A DNA stretch of 64,000 bases from Gammaproteobacteria bacterium. Lineage in GTDB: Bacteria; Pseudomonadota; Gammaproteobacteria; S012-40. The stretch spans positions 11,358-75,357 of the forward strand of contig JAOUHV010000007.1 of NCBI GenBank assembly GCA_029884425.1. The letters are read 5' to 3'. The notes beneath the pieces are model-generated. The model was not told the DNA's origin. It did no database searches and worked only from the letters and a program-made list of their open reading frames with translations. A program made the translations under genes and the position numbers. Of the stretch, positions 9,903 through 17,890 are shown piece by piece; the first letter of the stretch is position 1, and every line of letters begins with the position of its first letter.

Positions 9903-10223
9903 TAGACGCAGGTCATGGCTTAAATAAATTTAATGACGATGCTATGTCCATAAAAAATTCCGAGTTGCCCTGAGGGGGTTATTGGTCATAATGAGAGGAC
10001 GGTCAGCATCCGGAATGTTGTGTCGATTGTGTTGAGGATGTAAAAAAATAGCCGTTTTTCCGGGGTTACTGCGAACCATCGTGGCTGACTGACGTCATAC
10101 TTTTATCCATCTTTATTGACGGTGTTCTTTTGCGGTGAACACCTCATGTTCTTTGTGTACGATCATCGTTGTTTAGTTGTGACGGTGGGGATGCACAAGC
10201 GTATGAAATAGGAGGAAATAGTA

Positions 10224-10799
10224 GTGAAATTGCCGTTACAAATTACTACCAGAAAAATGTCCCTCTCCAAGAATGCATTTGGAGCCATTCAGAAAAAAGC
10301 TCAGAAACTGGAGCAGTTCTTTGATCAGATTATCAGTTGTCGGGTGATGGTGGAGACGCCGCATCGCCATAAGCAACAAGGCCTTTTGTACAACGTACGC
10401 GTCGATTTAACGGTCCCCGGTGCTGAATTGGTAGTGAAGCGGGAACCTAACGAGGATATCTACGTTGCCATTCGTGACACATTCGATGCGGCACAGCGTC
10501 AGTTGAAAGAGTTTGTTCGTCGTCGTCGAGGCGATGTAAAAAATCACCATAACGGTGTGCATGCAACGCAGTTGCTGGCAGGGCCTTCCTCTAGGGTTAA
10601 TCACGTTGGTCGGGTCAGGGAATTGTTTGCTGATCAGGGATTTGGCTATTTGGAGGCTGAAGACGGTCGGGAAATATATTTCAGCGGCAGTATTTTGCTG
10701 GATGGAGCGTTGGATGAGATGGAAGTTGGTATGCCGGTGCGGTTTGCCGAGAACTTCGCAACCACTCCTGGTCGAGCGTTGGAAGTTAGCATGCGCTAA
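10224..10799 (+). CDS. HPF/RaiA ribosome hibernation domain fused to a cold-shock-like OB domain
   Basis: N-terminal HPF fold (PLQIT...KLEQFFDQIISCRV...DIYVAIRDTFDAAQRQLK); C-terminal GRVRELFADQGFGYL...GREIYF; AGGAGG RBS. Confidence 0.88.
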   Translation: MKLPLQITTRKMSLSKNAFGAIQKKAQKLEQFFDQIISCRVMVETPHRHKQQGLLYNVRVDLTVPGAELVVKREPNEDIYVAIRDTFDAAQRQLKEFVRRRRGDVKNHHNGVHATQLLAGPSSRVNHVGRVRELFADQGFGYLEAEDGREIYFSGSILLDGALDEMEVGMPVRFAENFATTPGRALEVSMR

Positions 10800-10819
10800 T
10801 ACTGGCGGATGTTCGGATT

Positions 10820-10846
10820 AAAACGGGCCCGATACGGGCCCGTTTT
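10820..10846 (+). terminator. Intrinsic terminator after the HPF-CSD gene
   Basis: AAAACGGGCCC-gatac-GGGCCCGTTTT. Confidence 0.7.
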
Positions 10847-10972
10847 CGTTGGGCGGGGGGCAACCAGTTCCGGGATGATTAAAGGTTTGTTTGACGAGTG
10901 TCGAAATCCCGGCATGCACATGTTTGTTTCCGGCGACATGGCTTGGAGTCCCTGGTTGGAAAAGGAACCTTT

Positions 10973-11695
10973 ATGGCAAGCCCCTATACGAACATTCCGG
11001 ATTCGGATGAGAATAGTCTGATCGCTAAATATTCGCCCTTGGTGAAGCGGATCGCTTATCACCTAATGGCGCGCTTGCCATCATCGGTGGTGGTAGATGA
11101 CTTGATTCAGGCCGGGATGGTTGGTTTGTTGGAAGCCTCAAAGAACTATCGCTCCGAGCTGGGTGCCAGTTTTGAGACATACGCAGGCATTCGTATTCGT
11201 GGCTCCATGTTAGACGAATTGCGTCGCAATGACTGGGCGCCCAAGTCGGTGCATCGCAAGACGCGCGAGCTGGCAGAAGTGGTACGTCAGATTGAGGCGC
11301 GTACCGGAAGGGATGCGCGTGACAGTGAAGTTGCTCAGGAAATGGGCATTTCGCTGGATGATTACTACAAAATTCTTCAGGATTCCAGCAGTGCCAGAAT
11401 GTTTGCATTCGAGGAATTGGGCGTTGATGAAGAGGCTCTGGAAAACAGTATTGCAGCACGGATTAATGGTCCACTGGATGACATGCAGGACGAACGTTTT
11501 CGCGCTCGTTTGATCGAGGCCATTGCCAGTTTGCCAGAGCGTGAAAAAATGGTAGTGACGTTGTATTATGATTCGGAACTAAATTTGCGTGAGATTGGTT
11601 CAGTGGTTGGTGTGAGTGAGTCCCGGATCAGCCAGTTGTTGAGTCAGGCGATGATACGCTTGCGTGCTCGCTTGAAAGATTGGGTAATAGAATAG
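10973..11695 (+). CDS. fliA: RNA polymerase sigma factor, FliA/WhiG (sigma28) family
   Basis: LVKRIAYHLMARLP, DDLIQAGMVGLLEA, FETYAGIRIRGSMLDELR and ELNLREIGSVVGVSESRISQL motifs; ATG 10973 after AAGGA; no flagellar genes adjacent, so possibly a paralog. Confidence 0.9.
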   Translation: MASPYTNIPDSDENSLIAKYSPLVKRIAYHLMARLPSSVVVDDLIQAGMVGLLEASKNYRSELGASFETYAGIRIRGSMLDELRRNDWAPKSVHRKTRELAEVVRQIEARTGRDARDSEVAQEMGISLDDYYKILQDSSSARMFAFEELGVDEEALENSIAARINGPLDDMQDERFRARLIEAIASLPEREKMVVTLYYDSELNLREIGSVVGVSESRISQLLSQAMIRLRARLKDWVIE

Positions 11696-11706
11696 CTTAC
11701 CATCGT

Positions 11707-11733
11707 GTAATAACATCCTTGGCAAGCCGATAC
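11707..11733 (+). promoter_or_regulatory. Sigma28-like promoter for the DUF1249 gene
   Basis: GTAA-N15-GCCGATAC, about 30 nt upstream of the ATG. Confidence 0.4.
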
Positions 11734-11764
11734 AACGAATATGTAGTGAAAGTTAGGTTTGCAT

Positions 11765-12211
11765 ATGTCTGCGACAATACAACGAAAGGTACTAACGAAT
11801 TCGACGCCGCTGTACGAAGAAAATTATCAGCGGCTTAAAGCCTGCTTTCCAACCTTGAGCCGTCTGAGCTACGCTGAAGCGGTCAGTGAAAATAATACGC
11901 TGGTTTTACGCTATCAACTGGAAGAAAGTTTTAAATACACAAGCATTATTTCTCTTAGCCTTGTTCCTACTCGAAAAATCCTCGGTATGCCTGCTTGCGA
12001 TTTACAGCTGCGGATGTATCACGATGCGCATTTGGTCGAAGTCATTGCGTGCCAAGGAGAGTATCGGTTCCTTCCTCAGTACGACTATCCAAATAGCAAA
12101 ATGTATCAACGCAACGAAAAATATCAGATTAATCAGTTGTTGCGGGACTTGCTTATTTTTTGTCAGCGGATGCGGTTTCATCTTTTGGAATCCTGTGTTC
12201 AGCCAACCTGA
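11765..12211 (+). CDS. DUF1249 (YqiB-like) protein
   Basis: YEENYQRL, RMYHDAHLVEV and YDYPNSKMYQRNEKYQINQLL motifs. Confidence 0.8.
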   Translation: MSATIQRKVLTNSTPLYEENYQRLKACFPTLSRLSYAEAVSENNTLVLRYQLEESFKYTSIISLSLVPTRKILGMPACDLQLRMYHDAHLVEVIACQGEYRFLPQYDYPNSKMYQRNEKYQINQLLRDLLIFCQRMRFHLLESCVQPT

Positions 12212-12277
12212 AGGCTATGCATTCAGTGGCAGGAGGTTTTACGTGAGAGTCCGATCACGTTTTTTGAAAGAAAATCC

Positions 12278-12304
12278 TAAAAACCACATCTCATTGGCCG
12301 ATTC
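12278..12304 (+). promoter_or_regulatory. Sigma28-like promoter for the 60-aa acidic ORF
   Basis: TAAA-N15-GCCGATTC with exact consensus spacing. Confidence 0.6.
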
Positions 12305-12346
12305 CCACCTATGTCAAAGTTAATATGAGTTGCAAAGAGGAGAGTT

Positions 12347-12529
12347 ATGGGAGCGCTGAGAGAAATTATTGAGCAAGAAGAACGGATGGCTGATGAGCTA
12401 GAAGATAAATTGCATGCGGATTTGACATATCGTGAGCCAGAATCCGTACAAATTACGGATGAGTGGGACACCATGATGGACGAGTATATGGATGATTTTC
12501 AGGACTTCGGTGAATCGGATTCATTTTAA
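12347..12529 (+). CDS. Small, highly acidic hypothetical protein (60 aa)
   Basis: Strong AGAGGAG RBS, its own candidate promoter and a downstream terminator; very D/E-rich. Confidence 0.7.
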   Translation: MGALREIIEQEERMADELEDKLHADLTYREPESVQITDEWDTMMDEYMDDFQDFGESDSF

Positions 12530-12546
12530 GACTTGTTCCATCCACA

Positions 12547-12577
12547 TAAAAAAACCGCCAAATGGCGGTTTTTTTAT
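12547..12577. terminator. Bidirectional intrinsic terminator
   Basis: ATAAAAAAACCGCC-aaat-GGCGGTTTTTTTAT between convergent genes. Confidence 0.85.
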
Positions 12578-13449
12578 GTGTGCTCGGAAAACTCGCGCAG
12601 CAGTTGTAGCAGACAATGCCCCGCATTGGTTGGCGTGCGCTGGTGGTGTTGTACGACACCCAATTGGCGATGAGCATCAAATTGGGGAATGGATAGTACC
12701 TGCAGATCATCGCTGAGCATGCGCTGCGGCAAGGCGCTCCAACCCAGGCCGACGCTGACCATCATTTTAATCGTTTCTAGATAATTGCTCGACAGGCGGG
12801 TGTTGAGGCTGATGCCCAGTGGCAACAGGGCGCGTTCGACTACCGTATGGGTATAGCTGGTACGTGGGGGCAGGATTGCCGGGTAGAGGCTGAGTTGCTC
12901 GGGTGTGAAAGCCTCTCGCGCCAGGGGATGGTCTTTGGCGACCACAATGTGCAAGGTGTCGTCCCATAGCGGGGTGGTGATGAGCGCTGGCGGTGCCTGC
13001 AATGGCAAAGTTACCACGGCCAGCTCTATGCGGTTGTCTTCCACGGCCTGACAGGCGGATTCCGAATCCAGAAAGTGTAAATCCAGCTCCACCAGCGGGT
13101 AGCGTTGGGTGTACTGGCGCAGGATGGGGGGGAGAATATGCAGACCCACGTGATGACTGGTGGCCAGACTTAGCCAGCCACTGACCTGGTTGGAAAGCTG
13201 CTCCAGGGCGCGTTTGCTGTCGCCCAGTTGCGTCAAAATGCCGCGTGCGTAGGGTAGCAGGACGCTGCCAGCCTGGGTGAGCACTACCTGGCGATTAATG
13301 CGATCGAACAGCCGCCGGCCCAGTTCATCCTCTAATTGCGACACCCGTTTGCTGACCGCAGACTGGGTAAGAAACAGCGCCTTGGCACCTTCGGAAAACG
13401 AGCCGGTTTCAGCGACCTTGATAAAAGCCTGCAGGGAGTGGATGTCCAT
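12574..13449 (-). CDS. LysR family transcriptional regulator, divergent from leuC
   Basis: HTH GSFSEGAKALFLTQSAVSKRVSQLEDELG plus LysR substrate-binding domain. Confidence 0.93.
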   Translation of the reverse strand: MDIHSLQAFIKVAETGSFSEGAKALFLTQSAVSKRVSQLEDELGRRLFDRINRQVVLTQAGSVLLPYARGILTQLGDSKRALEQLSNQVSGWLSLATSHHVGLHILPPILRQYTQRYPLVELDLHFLDSESACQAVEDNRIELAVVTLPLQAPPALITTPLWDDTLHIVVAKDHPLAREAFTPEQLSLYPAILPPRTSYTHTVVERALLPLGISLNTRLSSNYLETIKMMVSVGLGWSALPQRMLSDDLQVLSIPQFDAHRQLGVVQHHQRTPTNAGHCLLQLLREFSEHT

Positions 13450-13455
13450 TCATGT

Positions 13456-13470
13456 ATTCCATAATGGAAT
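13456..13470. promoter_or_regulatory. Probable LysR recognition site (T-N11-A palindrome)
   Basis: ATTCC-ataat-GGAAT just upstream of the LysR start, in the divergent LysR/leuC gap. Confidence 0.6.
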
Positions 13471-13559
13471 TGGTTTTATGAAAAATATGAATTTGTGTAA
13501 TGGATGTCAAGCGATTATGCTGTCTCCATCTAATTTGGAACTGAATACAGGAGAACGCC

Positions 13560-14966
13560 GTGGCTGGTAAAACCTTATACGACAAGTTATGGGACGCTCA
13601 CGTGGTGCGCACTGACGCGGATGGAACTGCGTTGCTGTACATCGATCGTCAGTTGGTTCACGAAGTGACCTCGCCGCAGGCTTTCGAGGGCTTGCGTTTG
13701 GCAGGTCGCAAACCCTGGCGGGTGAGCGCCAATTTGGCGACCCCAGATCACAATGTGCCGACGACCGACCGTAGCGTGGGTATTGCCGATCCGGTATCGC
13801 GCACCCAGGTAGAGACCCTGGGCGCCAACTGCGCTGAGTTCGGTATTACCGAATTCAAGATGGATGACATCCGCCAGGGGATTGTACACGTTGTCGGACC
13901 GGAGCAGGGTGCTACCTTGCCGGGCATGACGGTGGTGTGTGGTGATTCCCATACCGCGACCCACGGGGCGTTTGGTGCATTGGCGTTTGGTATAGGCACG
14001 TCCGAGGTCGAACACGTCATGGCCACCCAGTGTTTGATTCAGAAAAAAGCCAAGAACATGTTGGTGAGCGTCGATGGCGAGCTTGGCGCGGGTGTGACCG
14101 CCAAGGACGTGGTGTTGGCAATTATTCGTGAAATTGGCACTGCAGGCGGCACTGGTTACACCATCGAATTTGCCGGCAGTGCCATTCGTTCGTTGAGCGT
14201 GGAAGGTCGCATGACCGTGTGCAACATGGCCATCGAAGCCGGAGCGCGCGCAGGTTTGGTGGCGGTTGATGACAAAACCTTGGCATACGTTAAAGGTCGC
14301 CCCTATGCGCCTACCGAACAACAATGGCCTGCTGCAGAGGCATTGTGGCGCGAATTGCACTCTGACGCCGATGCCAGATTTGACGCGGTGGTTCGCATCG
14401 ACGCGGCCAGCATTCGCCCCGCAGTGACCTGGGGAACGTCGCCTGAGATGGTTGTCTACGTGGATGACAAGGTGCCCGATCCCAGCAAAGAAGCCGATCC
14501 AGTCAAGCGCGATGGTATGGAAAAGGCGCTGACCTACATGGGTTTGCAGGCTAACACGCCGATCGAGCAGATTTCGGTAGACAAAGTCTTCATAGGTTCT
14601 TGCACCAACTCGCGGATTGAAGATTTACGCGCCGCGGCGCAAGTGGCCAAGGGGCGCAAGGTCGCGGGCAATATCAAACAGGCGCTGGTGGTACCAGGTT
14701 CTGGTTTGGTGAAAGCGCAGGCGGAAAAAGAAGGTTTGGACAAAATCTTCGTCGAGGCCGGTTTTGAATGGCGTGAGCCGGGTTGCTCCATGTGCCTGGC
14801 GATGAACGCCGACCGTCTGGAACCGGGTGAGCGTTGTGCCTCTACCTCCAACCGCAACTTCGAAGGCCGTCAGGGGCAGGGCGGACGCACGCATCTGGTG
14901 AGTCCGGCGATGGCCGCTGCCGCAGCGATTGCTGGGCACTTTGTTGACGTGCGCAAGATGAACTAG
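13560..14966 (+). CDS. leuC: 3-isopropylmalate dehydratase large subunit
   Basis: [37 protein letters not shown] and [12 protein letters not shown] motifs. Confidence 0.98.
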   Translation: MAGKTLYDKLWDAHVVRTDADGTALLYIDRQLVHEVTSPQAFEGLRLAGRKPWRVSANLATPDHNVPTTDRSVGIADPVSRTQVETLGANCAEFGITEFKMDDIRQGIVHVVGPEQGATLPGMTVVCGDSHTATHGAFGALAFGIGTSEVEHVMATQCLIQKKAKNMLVSVDGELGAGVTAKDVVLAIIREIGTAGGTGYTIEFAGSAIRSLSVEGRMTVCNMAIEAGARAGLVAVDDKTLAYVKGRPYAPTEQQWPAAEALWRELHSDADARFDAVVRIDAASIRPAVTWGTSPEMVVYVDDKVPDPSKEADPVKRDGMEKALTYMGLQANTPIEQISVDKVFIGSCTNSRIEDLRAAAQVAKGRKVAGNIKQALVVPGSGLVKAQAEKEGLDKIFVEAGFEWREPGCSMCLAMNADRLEPGERCASTSNRNFEGRQGQGGRTHLVSPAMAAAAAIAGHFVDVRKMN

Positions 14967-14976
14967 GAGAAATCGG

Positions 14977-15615
14977 ATGAAAGCGTTTACCCAGTTAAAT
15001 GGTTTGGTGGCGCCCATGGATCGCGCCAACGTGGATACGGATGCCATTATTCCCAAGCAGTTTTTGAAGTCCATCAAGCGCAGTGGCTTTGGACCTAACT
15101 TGTTTGACGAGTGGCGTTATCTGGATCGTGGCGAGCCTGACGCTGACAACAGCGGCCGTCCCAAAAACCCGGATTTCGTGTTGAATCAGCCTCGTTACCA
15201 GGGCGTGAGCATTTTGCTTGCCCGGGAAAACTTCGGCTGTGGCTCCAGTCGCGAACACGCGCCCTGGGCCTTGGAAGACTTCGGTTTTCGCGCGATTATC
15301 GCCCCGAGTTTTGCGGACATTTTCTATAACAACTGTTTCAAAAATGGTATTCTGCCGATTAAATTGGATGCAGCAACCGTGGACAGTTTGTTCAAGGAAA
15401 CCTATGCCAGCGAAGGGTATCGGTTGAATATCGATTTGGCGGCACAGACCATTGTCAGACCCAATGGTGACGCCATTCCGTTTGAGGTTGATCCATTCCG
15501 TAAACATTGTTTGCTCAATGGCTTGGACGATATCGGTTTGACCTTGCAGCATGTGGATGACATCAAAGCTTACGAGCAGCGCCGCAAGGTCGTCGCGCCG
15601 TGGTTGTTTGCATAA
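14977..15615 (+). CDS. leuD: 3-isopropylmalate dehydratase small subunit
   Basis: [13 protein letters not shown] and [15 protein letters not shown] motifs. Confidence 0.98.
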   Translation: MKAFTQLNGLVAPMDRANVDTDAIIPKQFLKSIKRSGFGPNLFDEWRYLDRGEPDADNSGRPKNPDFVLNQPRYQGVSILLARENFGCGSSREHAPWALEDFGFRAIIAPSFADIFYNNCFKNGILPIKLDAATVDSLFKETYASEGYRLNIDLAAQTIVRPNGDAIPFEVDPFRKHCLLNGLDDIGLTLQHVDDIKAYEQRRKVVAPWLFA

Positions 15616-15641
15616 GCGTATTACAGTAACAGGTAGCACAG

Positions 15642-16808
15642 ATGACAAAGAAGATTTTAGTATTGCCCGGTGACGGCATTGGTACCGAGATTGTCGACGA
15701 GGCCGTGAAGGTGATTCACTGCCTGCAGGCGGATTTTGGTCTGGATGTGGAATTGACCCACGGTTTGGTAGGTGGTGCGGCGTACGACGCGACGGGCACG
15801 CCACTGCCCGAAGAAACGCTGAAAATGGCCAAGGCTTCTGACGCAATCCTGCTGGGTGCGGTCGGTGGTTACAAGTGGGAGTCGCTGGATATTTCCGTGC
15901 GCCCTGAAAAAGGTCTGCTGGGACTGCGCTCCAATCTGCAGTTGTTTTCCAACCTGCGTCCGGCGATTTTGTATCCACAACTGGCCAGTGCTTCCACGCT
16001 GAAGCCTGAAGTAGTTGCTGGCTTGGACATCATGATTGTGCGTGAATTGACCGGCGGTATTTATTTTGGTCAGCCACGCGGTGTGCGCACCCTGGAAAAT
16101 GGTGAGCGCCAAGGCTACAACACACTGGTTTACAGCGAATCAGAAATCCGTCGCATCGGTCGTTCTGCGTTTGAAATTGCGATGAAGCGCAACAAGAAAG
16201 TGTGCTCCATCGACAAGGCCAACGTACTGGAGTGTACCGAGTTGTGGCGTGAAGTCATGACTGAAGTGGCCAAGGATTACCCGGAAGTTCAGTTGAGCCA
16301 CATGTACGTGGACAACGCCGCGATGCAGTTGGTGCGTTGGCCAAAGCAGTTCGACGTGGTGGTTACCACCAATATGTTCGGTGATATTTTGTCCGATTGC
16401 GCGGCGATGCTGACCGGCTCGATTGGTATGCTGCCATCGGCGTCGCTGAATGCAGAAGGCAAGGGCATGTACGAACCGATTCACGGTTCTGCGCCAGACA
16501 TCGCTGGCAAGGGCATTGCCAATCCGCTGGCGACGATTTTGTCCGTGTCGATGATGTTGCGTTATTCGCTGGATCGCGGCGATTTGGCAGATCGAGTGGA
16601 TCGCGCGGTGTCAGAAGTGCTGGATGCCGGCATTCGTACTGCGGACATTTACACCGAAGGTACGCAAAAAGTGAATACCTCCGCTATGGGTGATGCAGTG
16701 GTGTCCCACCTTAAACGCGACATGTGGAAAGATATTTCGTCCGGTTTACATGATGAGCACAGTGCCAGCTGCGCACGCGGCGGTAATTTTTCAAACGACA
16801 AAGATTGA
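15642..16808 (+). CDS. leuB: 3-isopropylmalate dehydrogenase
   Basis: [26 protein letters not shown] and [12 protein letters not shown] motifs. Confidence 0.98.
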   Translation: MTKKILVLPGDGIGTEIVDEAVKVIHCLQADFGLDVELTHGLVGGAAYDATGTPLPEETLKMAKASDAILLGAVGGYKWESLDISVRPEKGLLGLRSNLQLFSNLRPAILYPQLASASTLKPEVVAGLDIMIVRELTGGIYFGQPRGVRTLENGERQGYNTLVYSESEIRRIGRSAFEIAMKRNKKVCSIDKANVLECTELWREVMTEVAKDYPEVQLSHMYVDNAAMQLVRWPKQFDVVVTTNMFGDILSDCAAMLTGSIGMLPSASLNAEGKGMYEPIHGSAPDIAGKGIANPLATILSVSMMLRYSLDRGDLADRVDRAVSEVLDAGIRTADIYTEGTQKVNTSAMGDAVVSHLKRDMWKDISSGLHDEHSASCARGGNFSNDKD

Positions 16809-16838
16809 TTTGCTGTAACGCAAAAAGGAAAAAGTAAC

Positions 16839-17861
16839 ATGGCGAAGACATACGATGTGGCTGTCGTCGGCGCGACCGGAGCGGTAGGCGAGGCGATGAT
16901 TTCCATCCTGGAACAGCGCAATTTCCCCGTGGGCAAATTGTATTTGTTGGCCAGCGAGCGCTCTGCGGGTAAACGCGTTGAGTTCAAAGGCAAATACGTT
17001 TCCGTGGAAAATCTGGCGGATTTTGATTTCAGCAAGGTACAAATTGGTTTGTTTTCTGCGGGTGGTTCAATCTCTCGCGAGTTTGCGCCCAAGGCGGCTG
17101 AAGCAGGTTGTGTGGTCATCGACAACACGTCCGAATTCCGCATGGAAGACGATATTCCGCTGGTGGTGCCCGAGGTGAATCCTCATGCGGTGGCGCAGTA
17201 CACCAATCGCAACATTATCGCCAATCCAAATTGCTCCACCATCCAAATGCTGGTGGCGTTGAAGCCAATTTACGATGCCGTGGGTATCACTCGCATCAAC
17301 GTGGCGACCTATCAGGCGGTGTCTGGTACCGGCAAGGAAGCGATTGAAGAACTGGCCTCGCAAACAGCTACTTTGCTCAACGGCAAGAGCATTACCTGCG
17401 AAGTCTACCCCAAGCAAATTGCGTTTAACTGCTTGCCGCACATTGATGTCTTCCAAGATAATGGTTACACCCGCGAAGAAATGAAGATGGTGTGGGAAAC
17501 CAGAAAAATTCTGGAAGACGACCAGATTCAGGTGAATCCGACCGCAGTGCGCGTGCCGGTATTTTTTGGCCACTCGGAAGCGGTACACATTGAGACCCGT
17601 GAAAAAATCACTACGCTGATGGCGCGCGATCTGCTCGAGGCCGCTCCTGGCATCGTGTTGATGGACAAGCGTGAAGCGGGTGGTTATCCCACGCCAGTGA
17701 CTGAGGCAGCGGGCAATGATCCGGTCTACGTCGGACGTATTCGCGAAGATATTTCTCATCCAAAAGGTTTGAATCTTTGGGTTGTTGCAGATAATGTTCG
17801 TAAAGGTGCGGCGCTCAACAGTATTCAGATTGCGGAGCTGCTGATCGACAAATACCTTTAG
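16839..17861 (+). CDS. asd: Aspartate-semialdehyde dehydrogenase
   Basis: VVGATGAVG, NPNCSTIQ and DNVRKGAALNSIQ motifs. Confidence 0.97.
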   Translation: MAKTYDVAVVGATGAVGEAMISILEQRNFPVGKLYLLASERSAGKRVEFKGKYVSVENLADFDFSKVQIGLFSAGGSISREFAPKAAEAGCVVIDNTSEFRMEDDIPLVVPEVNPHAVAQYTNRNIIANPNCSTIQMLVALKPIYDAVGITRINVATYQAVSGTGKEAIEELASQTATLLNGKSITCEVYPKQIAFNCLPHIDVFQDNGYTREEMKMVWETRKILEDDQIQVNPTAVRVPVFFGHSEAVHIETREKITTLMARDLLEAAPGIVLMDKREAGGYPTPVTEAAGNDPVYVGRIREDISHPKGLNLWVVADNVRKGAALNSIQIAELLIDKYL

Positions 17862-17890
17862 TAGGTTTGTTTGAGGACGTAAACAGCTGC

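Noticed and set aside
10041..10080. CGGGGTTAC resembling the 3' end of a c-di-GMP-I riboswitch
   Set aside because: The upstream GGCAAA/GNRA P2 stem and GCAAA junction elements are absent
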